This document shows, in pieces, positions 40,384 to 50,501 of a stretch of DNA of 64,000 nt. Made by a program: the position numbers and the translations under genes. Origin of the DNA: Flavobacteriaceae bacterium UBA7684 (GTDB lineage Bacteria > Bacteroidota > Bacteroidia > Flavobacteriales > Flavobacteriaceae); contig DLGW01000019.1 in the NCBI GenBank assembly GCA_002482885.1, positions 6,111-70,110 on the forward strand. The letters run 5' to 3'. The notes under the pieces were generated by a model, which was not told the DNA's origin, did not search any database, and worked only from the letters and a program-made list of their open reading frames with translations. The first letter of the stretch is position 1, and the number at the start of each line of letters is the position of its first letter.

Positions 40384-42000
40384 ATGGCAGTAGTAGTTAC
40401 CATGCCCCGTTTAAGTGATACCATGACCGAAGGGGTTGTAGCCTCATGGCTAAAAAAGGTAGGAGATTCCGTTTCTGAAGGAGATATTTTAGCTGAAATT
40501 GAAACTGATAAAGCCACTATGGAATTTGAATCGTTTCATTCAGGTAAATTGTTGCATATTGGAATACAAGCAGGAGAATCTGCTCCAGTAGATTCATTAT
40601 TGGCAATTATAGGTAAAGAAGGGGAAGATATTTCAGCATTGTTAAATGGTTCTTCAGCACCATCTTCTGCCGAGGTTAAAGCAATTGTAATTGAAGAAGA
40701 TGCTCCCGTAGCTGTTACAAATGAGCCTTCTGCGGAATTACCAGTAGGTGTTCAAATTGTTACCATGCCTAGATTAAGTGATACCATGACCGAAGGTACG
40801 GTAGCCACTTGGATTAAAAAGGTAGGAGATTCAGTTAAAGAAGGAGATATTTTAGCTGAAATTGAAACAGATAAAGCTACTATGGAATTTGAATCATTCA
40901 ATTCGGGTACTTTATTATATATAGGAATAGAAGAAGGAAAATCAGCACCTGTTGATTCTGTATTGGCGATTTTAGGCCCTGCAGGTACGGATGTTTCTGC
41001 ATTTGTTAACGGAGTAAAACCGAGTGTTGCTCCTGCAAAAGCGGCTAATTCTCCAGAAGTAAAAACTGAAGCAAAAGAATCTGCTGCTGAAGTTACAACG
41101 ACAGGGGACCGTATTTTTGTTTCCCCATTAGCTAAAAAAATAGCAAAAGATAAAGGGGTAGATTTGTCTAAGGTAAAGGGTAGTGGTGAAAACGGGCGTA
41201 TCGTTAAAAGTGATATAGAGAACTTTGTACCACAAACATCTACTGCTTCAGCTTCAGTAAAGAGTGTTACTACCGCTGCACCTGTTGCCGAGGTAAAACC
41301 ATTTATTCCTGCTGGACAAGTTGCAACAGAAGAAATCAAAAATTCACAAATGCGAAAAATTATTGCCAAGCGTTTGTCAGAATCATTGTTTACTGCCCCA
41401 CATTACAACTTAGTAATCGAGGTTTCTATGGACGAAGCAATGAAATCAAGAGCAATTATTAATAGCGTGCCAGATACTAAAGTTTCCTTTAACGATATGG
41501 TGATTAAAGCTTCAGCTTTAGCTTTGAAAAAACATCCTAAAATTAACTCACAATGGTCGGCAGAATCTATTATCATTAATTATCATGTGAATATTGGTGT
41601 AGCCGTTGCTGTTGAAGACGGATTAGTGGTTCCTGTTTTACCTTTTACAGATGGTATGAGTTTGTCTCAGATTGGAACCAGCGTAAGAGATCTTGCGGGT
41701 AGAGCTAAAAATAAAAAATTATTACCCTCAGAAATGGAAGGAAGTACTTTTACTATTTCTAATTTGGGTATGTTTGGTATAACAGAATTCAATTCTATCA
41801 TTAATCAACCGAATTCTGCGATTTTATCGGTAGGTGCAATTGTAGAAAAACCAGTTGTAAAAAATGGTCAAATTGTTGTAGGTAACACCATGATGTTATC
41901 TTTAGCTTGTGATCACCGCACGATTGACGGTGCTACAGGAGCTCAGTTTTTACAAACTTTGCGTCAATACATTGAAAATCCAGTTACGATGTTGGCTTAA
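40384..42000 (+). CDS. pdhC: Pyruvate dehydrogenase E2, dihydrolipoamide acetyltransferase (two lipoyl domains)
   Basis: Two ETDKAT lipoyl motifs, SPLAKK E3-binding domain, DHRTIDG. Confidence 0.97.
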   Translation: MAVVVTMPRLSDTMTEGVVASWLKKVGDSVSEGDILAEIETDKATMEFESFHSGKLLHIGIQAGESAPVDSLLAIIGKEGEDISALLNGSSAPSSAEVKAIVIEEDAPVAVTNEPSAELPVGVQIVTMPRLSDTMTEGTVATWIKKVGDSVKEGDILAEIETDKATMEFESFNSGTLLYIGIEEGKSAPVDSVLAILGPAGTDVSAFVNGVKPSVAPAKAANSPEVKTEAKESAAEVTTTGDRIFVSPLAKKIAKDKGVDLSKVKGSGENGRIVKSDIENFVPQTSTASASVKSVTTAAPVAEVKPFIPAGQVATEEIKNSQMRKIIAKRLSESLFTAPHYNLVIEVSMDEAMKSRAIINSVPDTKVSFNDMVIKASALALKKHPKINSQWSAESIIINYHVNIGVAVAVEDGLVVPVLPFTDGMSLSQIGTSVRDLAGRAKNKKLLPSEMEGSTFTISNLGMFGITEFNSIINQPNSAILSVGAIVEKPVVKNGQIVVGNTMMLSLACDHRTIDGATGAQFLQTLRQYIENPVTMLA

Positions 42001-42020
42001 ATACATCGTTTATTTAAAAT

Positions 42021-42048
42021 AACTCCCAATGAAAATTGGGAGTTTTTT
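42021..42048 (+). terminator. Intrinsic terminator after pdhC
   Basis: AACTCCCAAT-gaaa-ATTGGGAGTT-TTTT. Confidence 0.88.
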
Positions 42049-42054
42049 GTTTTA

Positions 42055-42099
42055 GGTTGTGCAAGTTTGCAAAAACAAACTGTTGTGCTGTTGGTAGTA
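42055..42099 (-). repeat. Decayed partial copy of the mini structured element at 50396-50463
   Basis: GGTTGTGCAAGTTTGCAAAAACAAACTGTTGTGCTGTTGGTAGTA aligns without gaps to GGGCGTGCCAGTTTGCAAAAACAAACTGTCGTGCCGTTGGCATTA. Confidence 0.75.
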
Positions 42100-42191
42100 T
42101 GACTAAAGCACTCTTTAAATAATTACGAAAGACCTAATAATTTTATTTCTACTTCTTTAGGTTTAAATTTTAATCTGTATATATTTGTCCC

Positions 42192-42372
42192 CGATTAGGG
42201 TTGTGTTTTACTCGTTAAACAGAGAACACATTAAAAGGGAAACAGGTGTAAAACCTGCGCTGTACCCGCAACTGTAAGCTACAAAGCTTGTTGTTAACTA
42301 CAAACCACTGTCTGCCAAAGCGCGATGGGAAGGTAAACAACAAGACGCAAGCCAGGAGACCTGCCTTAGTCA
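42192..42372 (+). ncRNA. Cobalamin riboswitch
   Basis: AAAAGGGAA-CAGGTGTAAAACCTG-CGCTGTACCCGCAACTGTAA..CCACTG..TGGGAAGG..B12 box AAGCCAGGAGACCTGCC; upstream of a btuB-like gene; TATATTTG promoter at about 42180. Confidence 0.96.
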
Positions 42373-42416
42373 TAACAATTTAAATAAACCTTCGGGAAAA
42401 AAGGTTTTTAAAGGTA

Positions 42417-44252
42417 ATGACATATTTTAAACGCGTTTTTTTACTGACTATTCAGTTGTGGTGCTGCTATTCGTATGCGCAAATCAAACCTATTGAACTT
42501 AATGAAGTTACAGTAACGGATTGGTATTTGTCTAAAAATGGGGCTATTCAAAATACTAAAAAATTAAATGATTCGGTTATTAAATCAAATGCGGGTGTTT
42601 CACTAACGTCATTATTAAGTAATCAGTCACTTATATTTTTTAAGGAAAATGGTTTGGGTATGGTTTCATCACCATCATTCAGAGGAACCACCGCCCAACA
42701 AACTGCTGTGGTTTGGAATGGAATCAACATCAATTCCGCATTGAATGGGCAAACCGATTTTAATTTACTTTCTATCAAATCATTTAACCAAATAGCTGTA
42801 AGTGCAGGCGGGGGCAGTAGTCGATACGGAACGGGTGCTATTGGTGGTAGCATTCATTTAAGTAATCACTTGAATTATACAGAAGGTTTTGAAGTGGAAT
42901 TATTAAACCAATACGGAAGTTTTAACACTTGGTTTAATAGTGCAAATTTTCGATTGGCGTCTTCTAAAAAAACATTACAAGTACAATTGTCTAGAAATGC
43001 TTCGGATAACGATTATAAATATTTGAACACTCCTTTTAAGAACGAAAATGGGGCTTTTTTAAATGAACAATTTTCTTTACAATTTGGCTATCAACTGAAT
43101 GCTAAGAATCAGCTAGCATATTACAATCAGTTATTACAATCCGATAGACAATTTTCGGCGGCTTTATATTCAGTTTCTAACGCTAAATACAAAGATTTAC
43201 AAATTCGAAATTTATTAGAGTGGACTAATTTGTACGGTCAATTGGTTTCTAAAACTAAGGTGGCTCATTTACTAGAAAATTATCAATATTTTACCCATAA
43301 AAACATTGCTACATACACAGGGAATACGGCTGAAACGTTTATTTTAAAATATGAAGGATTACTTCCGTTAAGTCATAAAATGGTGGCTCAATTTACTTCA
43401 GAAGTTAATCAAACCAAAGCATTTGGTGACAATCTAAAAACTCAAACCAGAACCATTAGTAGTAACATGTTGGCACTACAACATCAAGTTGCTAACTATT
43501 TTAAATATGAATTAAGCACCCGAAAAGAGGTAACTCAATTGTACGAAAGCCCTTTGTTGTTTGCTGTTGGGGGATATTGGTCGCTTTCCAAAAAATATAA
43601 AATTACCCATTCCATTTCTCGAAATTTTAGAATTCCCACCTTTAACGATATGTTTTGGCAACCCAGTGGCAATGCTAATTTAAAACCTGAATCGGCTTAT
43701 CAATTTGAAATTGGAAATCAATTTTGTAATCAAAACAACAGCATCAAACTGAATTTATACTACAATCAAATTACGGATATGTTGCGTTGGATTCCCAATC
43801 AGCTAGGTGTTTGGCAACCCTTTAATACCGATCAAGTAATTACTTACGGTGGGGAATTGATGGCACAATTGCAAAATTTTAAAATTGGGCAACATCAATT
43901 CTCAGGGCAATATCAATATGCGTATACCATTTCTGAAAATCAATTAACCCACAAACAATTGATTTATGTTCCTAAACACAAGTCGAACACCCAATTGAAC
44001 TATCAATACAAAAAACTAAAAATTAGTGGGCAGTACGTTTATACGGGCACTGTTTTTATATCGTCCGACAATAAATATCAATTGCCCGATTATGGAATTG
44101 TAAACGCAAGTGTCTATTATGCTATAGGTAAAAAATCAAATTATGTTTTGGCTTTTCATGTGTTGAATGCCACCAATCAGGTGTGTCAATCCTACGAAAA
44201 TCGTCCGTTACCGGGCAGAAATTACTCAATAAGTATCAACCTTAAATTTTAA
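42417..44252 (+). CDS. btuB: TonB-dependent cobalamin receptor (BtuB-like)
   Basis: Plug SPSFRGTTAQQTAVVWNGININS..GQTD, RIPTFND..GNANLKPE, PGRNY, terminal F; under a B12 riboswitch. Confidence 0.85.
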   Translation: MTYFKRVFLLTIQLWCCYSYAQIKPIELNEVTVTDWYLSKNGAIQNTKKLNDSVIKSNAGVSLTSLLSNQSLIFFKENGLGMVSSPSFRGTTAQQTAVVWNGININSALNGQTDFNLLSIKSFNQIAVSAGGGSSRYGTGAIGGSIHLSNHLNYTEGFEVELLNQYGSFNTWFNSANFRLASSKKTLQVQLSRNASDNDYKYLNTPFKNENGAFLNEQFSLQFGYQLNAKNQLAYYNQLLQSDRQFSAALYSVSNAKYKDLQIRNLLEWTNLYGQLVSKTKVAHLLENYQYFTHKNIATYTGNTAETFILKYEGLLPLSHKMVAQFTSEVNQTKAFGDNLKTQTRTISSNMLALQHQVANYFKYELSTRKEVTQLYESPLLFAVGGYWSLSKKYKITHSISRNFRIPTFNDMFWQPSGNANLKPESAYQFEIGNQFCNQNNSIKLNLYYNQITDMLRWIPNQLGVWQPFNTDQVITYGGELMAQLQNFKIGQHQFSGQYQYAYTISENQLTHKQLIYVPKHKSNTQLNYQYKKLKISGQYVYTGTVFISSDNKYQLPDYGIVNASVYYAIGKKSNYVLAFHVLNATNQVCQSYENRPLPGRNYSISINLKF

Positions 44253-44257
44253 ATAAA

Positions 44258-45352
44258 ATGAAAATGAAGCAATTATTATGGAGTTTTTTAGCGTTTGCCT
44301 TTGTGTTGCAATCGTGTAGTACCGATGATGTTAATGCAAATAAACCTGAATCTACAGGAAAGTATGATAATGGAATATTAGTGTTAAACGAAGGTGGTTT
44401 TATGAAAAGTAATGCTTCGGTTTCATTTTTAAGCCAAGATTTATCTACTGTTGAAAATGATGTTTTTTCAGGAATCAATAAAGATAAAAAGTTAGGAGAT
44501 GTAGCGCAAAGTATCGCTTTTTATGGGGATTTGGCTTTTATTGTGGTGAATAATTCTAATAAAATAGAAGTAGTAAATCGTTATACTTTTCAATCAATTA
44601 AAACCATTACTTCGGGTTTAAATAATCCAAGGTATACGGCTTTTATAAATGGTAAAGCTTATGTAACCAATTGGGGGGATTCTTCAAGCGAAACCGATGA
44701 TTTTGTGGCGGTTTATCATATTTCAGATTTTTCATCGGCCGGAAAATTTAATGTGCCTTTTGGTCCTGAAGAAATTTTAGTCAATCAAAACAAATTGTAC
44801 ATCACCCATTCTGGCGGATTTGGTTCTAACAATAAAGTTTCAATAATTGATGCCAACTCAAATTTAATTACCAAAACTTTAGAAGTAGGAGATGTGCCTA
44901 AGTCCATTTCGGCAAGTGGGGGGTTAATATACGTATTGTGTAAAGGTAAAACAGAATATGATACCGATTGGAACGTTATTAGTGAAACAGCAGGTAAATT
45001 GGTGGTGATTAATCCTTTAAATGATTCAGTGAGCAAAACATTTGATTTTCCTGCCGCTACTCAACCCTCTAACGGAGTAGCTGTTTCTGGATTCTATTAT
45101 TACAATGTGGGTAAAAATATATATAAAATGAATTTGTCTGACAGCGCTTTACCAACAACTCCTATTATTAATGGTGCAACACAAGGAATCAGTTCTTTAT
45201 ACGGATTGTATGCTTTTAACAATAATATTATTGTAACCGATGCTAAAGATTATGCTTCAGACGGAGAAGTATTTATTTTTTCCACCAACGGAAGTTTAGT
45301 TAAAAAAGTAGGGGTTGGTATGGTGCCTTCGGCAGTATATTGGAATGAGTAA
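44258..45352 (+). CDS. btuG: Surface beta-propeller lipoprotein, BtuG-like cobalamin-binding protein
   Basis: Lipobox QSC-STDD; VLNEG..ASVSF..LGDVAQS..VVNNSNKIEV..TDAKDY.SDG. Confidence 0.8.
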   Translation: MKMKQLLWSFLAFAFVLQSCSTDDVNANKPESTGKYDNGILVLNEGGFMKSNASVSFLSQDLSTVENDVFSGINKDKKLGDVAQSIAFYGDLAFIVVNNSNKIEVVNRYTFQSIKTITSGLNNPRYTAFINGKAYVTNWGDSSSETDDFVAVYHISDFSSAGKFNVPFGPEEILVNQNKLYITHSGGFGSNNKVSIIDANSNLITKTLEVGDVPKSISASGGLIYVLCKGKTEYDTDWNVISETAGKLVVINPLNDSVSKTFDFPAATQPSNGVAVSGFYYYNVGKNIYKMNLSDSALPTTPIINGATQGISSLYGLYAFNNNIIVTDAKDYASDGEVFIFSTNGSLVKKVGVGMVPSAVYWNE

Positions 45353-45358
45353 TCTATT

Positions 45359-45400
45359 AAAACAAGAAAGGCGGTCATAATTGACCGCCTTTCTTGTTTT
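45359..45400. terminator. Bidirectional intrinsic terminator
   Basis: AAACAAGAAAGGCGGTCA-taat-TGACCGCCTTTCTTGTTT. Confidence 0.9.
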
Positions 45401-45401
45401 A

Positions 45402-46229
45402 TTATTTACTTCTAACGACTCTAAATCCGTAAAAAGGATAAGTAGTGTCTGTACTGGTACTGATTCGGTTGCTTAAACGGGCGTAAGAACTTACACTGTC
45501 CCAAGATCCTCCGCGAACAATTTTTTTCTCGCCGTTAATTGGTCCTTTTGGATTGTTGTAATTTTCCATTTTATAATAATCCATATTGTGCCAGTCCCAA
45601 CACCATTCCCAAACGTTTCCGCTCATGTCATGAATTCCTAATTCGTTAGGCATTTTGGTTCCGTAAGGGTGTGGCGCTCCATTTGAATTGGCTTTAACCC
45701 AAGCAATATTGGTTAAATCATCGGAACCGCTAAAAGCATAACCTAAAGATTTTTTACCACCGCGGGCAGCAAATTCCCATTCCGCTTCGGTAGGTAAACG
45801 AAAACCATTGGCGCTAAAATCACATTCAAAAAGATTTCCTTTTCTAATATAAGCAGGTTTTAAACCTTGTTTAGTACTTAACCAGTTACAAAATAAAACC
45901 GCTTCTTCCCAAAGCACGTTAGTTATGGGTAAATTATCTTGCATTTTCCATTCCGTAGTAGGTAATTTTGTTTTGGTTTCTGCAGCAAATTGTCTGTATT
46001 CTGCAGTAGAAACCTCATACTTACTAATTAAGAAAGTATTTAATTTAACAGTATGCGCAGGTCTTTCATCTTTGTCGCAAGGCGCATCTTTTTTACTGCA
46101 TCCCATGGTAAATTCACCGCCTTCAACAGTAATCATTTGTGGTAATGGAGGAATATTAGACTGCGCTTGGACGACAACCAAACTAAAAAAGGTAATTAGT
46201 AATGTGAATAGTGTAGTTACTCTTGTCAT
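45402..46229 (-). CDS. Secreted formylglycine-generating-enzyme (SUMF1) family domain protein
   Basis: GGEFTMG, ERPAH, RLPTEAEWEFAARGG, NELGIHDMSGNVWEWC, RGGSW, GFRVV. Confidence 0.92.
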   Translation of the reverse strand: MTRVTTLFTLLITFFSLVVVQAQSNIPPLPQMITVEGGEFTMGCSKKDAPCDKDERPAHTVKLNTFLISKYEVSTAEYRQFAAETKTKLPTTEWKMQDNLPITNVLWEEAVLFCNWLSTKQGLKPAYIRKGNLFECDFSANGFRLPTEAEWEFAARGGKKSLGYAFSGSDDLTNIAWVKANSNGAPHPYGTKMPNELGIHDMSGNVWEWCWDWHNMDYYKMENYNNPKGPINGEKKIVRGGSWDSVSSYARLSNRISTSTDTTYPFYGFRVVRSK

Positions 46230-46515
46230 ATTGAATTGGTTTTTGAGTTGTTTAAAATAATAAATTAAACTAGTTTAAGTTTAGTTGTTTATGGCGCAAA
46301 ATTAAAACTTAAATGTTTTTATAGGGTTAAAATAAGTTTTTTTTTATAAATTAAATTACTTATTTAAAATTAGGGATTCATTACAATAAACGTGCTAATA
46401 TTAAGTATGTTGGCAAAAAAGAACTTAAAAAATTCCGTTAATAACTTATTAAATAGGAAGTGAGTTTGAATGATTTGAAAATTTTATATTAGCAGTCTGA
46501 AAAAAAATAATTTTT

Positions 46516-47469
46516 ATGGAGTATTTAGATTTTGAATTGCCCATCAAAGAGCTTGAAGAACAACTAGATAAGTGTGTTCTTATCGGGCAAGAATCTGATG
46601 TAGATGTTACAGATACGTGCAAACAAATCAATGAAAAATTAGAAGAAGTTAAAAAAAACATATATGGTAATTTAACTTCTTGGCAAAGAGTTCAATTGTC
46701 AAGACACCCTTCTAGGCCGTATACTATGGATCATATCCGTGCCCTTTGCGGAGAAAGTTTTTTAGAATTACACGGCGATCGTGGGTTTAAAGACGACAAA
46801 GCGATGGTAGGTGGATTAGGAAAAATAGGCGGACAATCCTTTATGGTGATAGGACAACAAAAAGGATTCAATACCAAAACCCGTCAGTTCAGAAACTTTG
46901 GTATGGCCAATCCGGAAGGATATAGAAAAGCCCTTCGATTGATGAAAATGGCCGAAAAATTTGGTATTCCGGTGTTAACTTTAGTAGATACCCCAGGTGC
47001 TTATCCTGGATTAGAAGCCGAAGAAAGAGGTCAAGGAGAAGCCATTGCTCGAAATATTTTTGAAATGATGCGTTTAAAAACCCCTATAGTTACTGTAATT
47101 GTAGGAGAAGGAGCTTCGGGTGGTGCGTTAGGAATTGGTGTAGGAGACCGCGTATTTATGCTAGAAAACACTTGGTATTCGGTAATTTCACCAGAATCAT
47201 GTTCTTCTATTTTATGGAGAAGTTGGGAATTTAAAGAAACAGCCGCCGATGCTTTAAAATTAACGTCTACCGATATGAAACAAAATGGATTAATTGATGA
47301 AATTATTCCAGAGCCACTAGGTGGAGCGCATTTTGACAGAGAAACGACTTTTAAAAATGTTCAAAAAGCAGTTTTAGGTGCTTTAGAAGAATTAAAAGGT
47401 TTGTCTACCCAAGAGTTGATTAATCAACGAATGGAAAAATATTGCAACATGGGTGTTTATAACGAATAG
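46516..47469 (+). CDS. accA: Acetyl-CoA carboxylase carboxyltransferase alpha subunit
   Basis: [42 protein letters not shown]. Confidence 0.98.
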   Translation: MEYLDFELPIKELEEQLDKCVLIGQESDVDVTDTCKQINEKLEEVKKNIYGNLTSWQRVQLSRHPSRPYTMDHIRALCGESFLELHGDRGFKDDKAMVGGLGKIGGQSFMVIGQQKGFNTKTRQFRNFGMANPEGYRKALRLMKMAEKFGIPVLTLVDTPGAYPGLEAEERGQGEAIARNIFEMMRLKTPIVTVIVGEGASGGALGIGVGDRVFMLENTWYSVISPESCSSILWRSWEFKETAADALKLTSTDMKQNGLIDEIIPEPLGGAHFDRETTFKNVQKAVLGALEELKGLSTQELINQRMEKYCNMGVYNE

Positions 47470-47492
47470 GTTATAAAAGCTTTGAAAAATAA

Positions 47493-47529
47493 AGAAAAGG
47501 GCTGTCTGACAAATCAGGCAGCCTTTCTT
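47493..47529 (+). terminator. Probable terminator after accA
   Basis: AAAAGGGCTGTCTGA-caaa-TCAGGCAGCCTTTCTT. Confidence 0.65.
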
Positions 47530-47575
47530 ATCTCACAATAAAATTTAAGCATGCTGTTATAATTTGTTGAATACT

Positions 47576-49120
47576 ATGGAAAATCTAAATCCTGAAAAAT
47601 CTTTTAAAAAGAAGAAAACGCCAATCATCGCTTTTGAAAAAGGAAAAATTCCCCCGCAAGCTATTGAATTAGAAGAAGCAGTTTTGGGAGCCATGTTGGT
47701 AGATCGAAAAGGAGTAGATGAGGTAATCGATATTTTAAAACCAGAAGTTTTTTATAAAGAATCGCATGGAATTATATACGAGGCCATTAATGCGTTATTT
47801 CACGAAGCTCAACCGATAGATTTATTAACAGTATCTGCTCAGTTAAGAAAAACAGGAAATTTAGAATTGGCAGGTGGCGACTTGGCTTTGATTCAATTGA
47901 CTCAAAAAATAGCTTCTTCGGCACATATTGAATACCACGCCAGAATCATCTTACAAAAATATATTCAACGCAGTTTAATTCAGTTATCTGCCGAAATTAT
48001 AGAAGAAAGTTACGAAGAAACGGCTGATGTTTTTGATTTATTAGACAGAGCAGAATCCAGACTTTACGATGTTACACAAGGAAATCTTAAAAAAGGTTCG
48101 GAAACTGCTCAAAAATTAGTGTTAGATGCCATAAAAAGCATTCAAAATATTTCTAATCAACAGGGAATTAGTGGGGTACCCACAGGTTTTGACAAGTTAG
48201 ACAAATTAACCTCGGGCTGGCAACCCAGCGATTTGATTATTATAGCGGCACGTCCGGCTATGGGTAAAACGGCTTTCATTTTATCGATGGCCAAAAATAT
48301 GTCCATAGACCACAACCAACCCGTTGCTTTTTTCTCGTTAGAGATGTCGGGTGAACAGTTAATCAAACGTTTGATTTCTAGCGAAACAGGATTGTCTTCC
48401 GAAAAATTAAGAACAGGTCAGCTTGAAAAACACGAATGGGAGCAGTTAACCACCAAAGTAAAAAGATTAGAAAAAGCGCCTTTGTTTATTGATGATACGC
48501 CTTCGCTTTCCATTTTTGATTTACGAGCTAAAGCCAGAAGACTTTCCTCTCAATACGGTATAAAAATTATATTTATAGATTATTTGCAATTGATGACCAC
48601 GGGGTCTACTAAAGGCGGAAATCGTGAGCAAGAAATATCTACCATTTCCAGAAACTTAAAAGCCTTAGCCAAAGAGTTAAATATTCCTGTAATTGCTTTA
48701 TCACAGTTATCGCGTGCGGTAGAATCCAGACCAGGAAACAGCAAACGACCATTACTTTCGGATTTAAGGGAGTCGGGTGCGATTGAGCAAGATGCGGATA
48801 TCGTATCGTTTATTTATCGTCCAGAGTATTATAAATTAGAAACTTGGGATGACGAAGAAGCATCTCCAACCAAAGACCAAGCAGAAATTATTGTCGCCAA
48901 ACACCGTAATGGTGGATTAGATAATATCCGATTAAAATTTGTGGGTAAATTAGGTAAGTTTGAAAATTTAGATGTTTTTGACACTCCTTTTGAGTTTCAT
49001 TCTAAAATGAATGACGATAATCCATTTGCAACTCCAACCCATTTTGCTTCTCCAACAGAAGCTTTTGAATCCAACCCGAATCAAGGGAATCCAACAGACG
49101 ACGACGGATTACCATTTTAA
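47576..49120 (+). CDS. dnaB: Replicative DNA helicase
   Basis: PPQAIELEEAVLG, AARPAMGKT, FSLEM, IDYLQL, LSQLSR, DLRESGAIEQDAD; no intein. Confidence 0.98.
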   Translation: MENLNPEKSFKKKKTPIIAFEKGKIPPQAIELEEAVLGAMLVDRKGVDEVIDILKPEVFYKESHGIIYEAINALFHEAQPIDLLTVSAQLRKTGNLELAGGDLALIQLTQKIASSAHIEYHARIILQKYIQRSLIQLSAEIIEESYEETADVFDLLDRAESRLYDVTQGNLKKGSETAQKLVLDAIKSIQNISNQQGISGVPTGFDKLDKLTSGWQPSDLIIIAARPAMGKTAFILSMAKNMSIDHNQPVAFFSLEMSGEQLIKRLISSETGLSSEKLRTGQLEKHEWEQLTTKVKRLEKAPLFIDDTPSLSIFDLRAKARRLSSQYGIKIIFIDYLQLMTTGSTKGGNREQEISTISRNLKALAKELNIPVIALSQLSRAVESRPGNSKRPLLSDLRESGAIEQDADIVSFIYRPEYYKLETWDDEEASPTKDQAEIIVAKHRNGGLDNIRLKFVGKLGKFENLDVFDTPFEFHSKMNDDNPFATPTHFASPTEAFESNPNQGNPTDDDGLPF

Positions 49121-49124
49121 GCGT

Positions 49125-50384
49125 ATGAGAAAAATCGTTTTTTTAGGACTTTTTATTTTAGTAGGATGCAAACTTTTTGCGGCTTCTATTTTAATTCCTA
49201 TGGACGAAGAAAGCCAAAAAAATCATTTAAAAGCCTACGGAATTACTTATTGGGTATTAAATAATGGTAATAAAGTTAATTGGTTGTTGAATTACAGAGG
49301 AGGTTCTTTTTTAATGCCTGACGTTCCAGAAATTCGAAAAGAATGTCAAATCCGAGGGGTCAGTTTTGAACTAATTTCCGATGCTCAAACCGAACAATTA
49401 TTAGCCGAAATCGATAGTCCTTCGCAAAACGCAGCCACTGTTATTTTGGAAAAAGCACCTAAAATAGCCGTGTATACCCCTAAAGGCAAACAACCTTGGG
49501 ATGATGCAGTTACTTTAGTGTTAACGTATGCAGAAATTCCTTTTGATAAAATATTCGACGAAGAAATCCTAAACGAAGCTCTTTTATTATACGATTGGGT
49601 ACACTTACATCACGAAGATTTTACAGGGCAGTATGGGCGCTTTTTTGGAGCCTATAAAAACAGTCCTTGGTACATTCAAAATAAAAAAGAAGCAGAAGTT
49701 TTAGCTACTAAATTAGGTTACCAAAAAGTGTCGGAATCTAAATTAGCGGTAGCTACCAAATTGAAAAACTTTGTGATTGGTGGAGGATTTATGTTTGCCA
49801 TGTGTGCAGCTACCGATAGTTTTGATATTGCCTTATCTGCTGATGGTATTGATATTTGCGAACCCATGTTCGACGGAGATGAATCCACTCCTGACTATCA
49901 AAATCAATTGGATTATTCCAAAACTTTTTCTTTTAAAGATTTTATTATCGAAAGAAATCCAACGGTTTACGAGTTTTCGGATATTGACACGACCAATAAA
50001 AGAAGAATTCCCATGGAAATGGATTATTTCACCTTGAATGAATTTTCTGCCAAATGGGATATGGTGCCCACCATGTTAACTCAAAATCACACCCAATTGG
50101 TCAAAGGATTTATGGGACAAACTACCGCATTTGATGTGGCTAAAATCAAATCCAATATTATTGTTTTAGGAGAAAATAAAGACCATAACGAAGTAAAATA
50201 TTTACACGGAACCGTAGGGAAGGGCTTATTCACTTTTTACGGAGGACACGACCCCGAAGATTATCAGCACCACGTGGGTGACGAACCCACGCTATTGGAC
50301 TTACATCCGAATTCCCCGGGGTATCGCTTGATTTTAAACAATGTATTGTTTCCTGCGGCTCGAAAACAGAAGAAGAAAACGTAG
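49125..50384 (+). CDS. Conserved Bacteroidota secreted protein (often labelled 'asparagine synthetase B'), glutamine-amidotransferase-like
   Basis: Signal peptide; NHLKAYG, WDDAVTLVLTYAEIP, LHHEDFTGQYG, FAMCAATD, GHDPEDY, SPGYRLILNN. Confidence 0.75.
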   Translation: MRKIVFLGLFILVGCKLFAASILIPMDEESQKNHLKAYGITYWVLNNGNKVNWLLNYRGGSFLMPDVPEIRKECQIRGVSFELISDAQTEQLLAEIDSPSQNAATVILEKAPKIAVYTPKGKQPWDDAVTLVLTYAEIPFDKIFDEEILNEALLLYDWVHLHHEDFTGQYGRFFGAYKNSPWYIQNKKEAEVLATKLGYQKVSESKLAVATKLKNFVIGGGFMFAMCAATDSFDIALSADGIDICEPMFDGDESTPDYQNQLDYSKTFSFKDFIIERNPTVYEFSDIDTTNKRRIPMEMDYFTLNEFSAKWDMVPTMLTQNHTQLVKGFMGQTTAFDVAKIKSNIIVLGENKDHNEVKYLHGTVGKGLFTFYGGHDPEDYQHHVGDEPTLLDLHPNSPGYRLILNNVLFPAARKQKKKT

Positions 50385-50395
50385 GGGTTTAATTT

Positions 50396-50463
50396 GGGCG
50401 TGCCAGTTTGCAAAAACAAACTGTCGTGCCGTTGGCATTAATGAATGCCGCCGTCACTCACGC
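50396..50463 (-). repeat. Dispersed structured element, mini copy
   Basis: Minus strand GCGTG-A-GTG-ACGGC-GGCATT-catt-AATGCC-AACGG-CAC-GA-CAGTTTG-tttttg-CAAACTG-G-CACGC-CC. Confidence 0.78.
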
Positions 50464-50501
50464 GAAAAAAACTTATCAACAAAATTCAAAAAATACCTTT
50501 T

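Noticed and set aside
40390-40975. Roughly 200-bp internal direct repeat in pdhC
   Set aside because: It encodes the two tandem lipoyl domains, normal for E2 subunits.
39379-42000. pdhA-pdhC without pdhB
   Set aside because: A separately located pdhB is the usual arrangement in Flavobacteriaceae.
45402-46229. FGE-family protein as a sulfatase-activating enzyme
   Set aside because: It lacks the catalytic Cys pair after RGGS and no sulfatase is adjacent; non-catalytic FGE-fold proteins are common in Bacteroidota.
46230-46515. Long AT-rich spacer near accA/dnaB as a possible replication origin
   Set aside because: I found no cluster of DnaA boxes (TTATCCACA); it is explained as a divergent promoter region.
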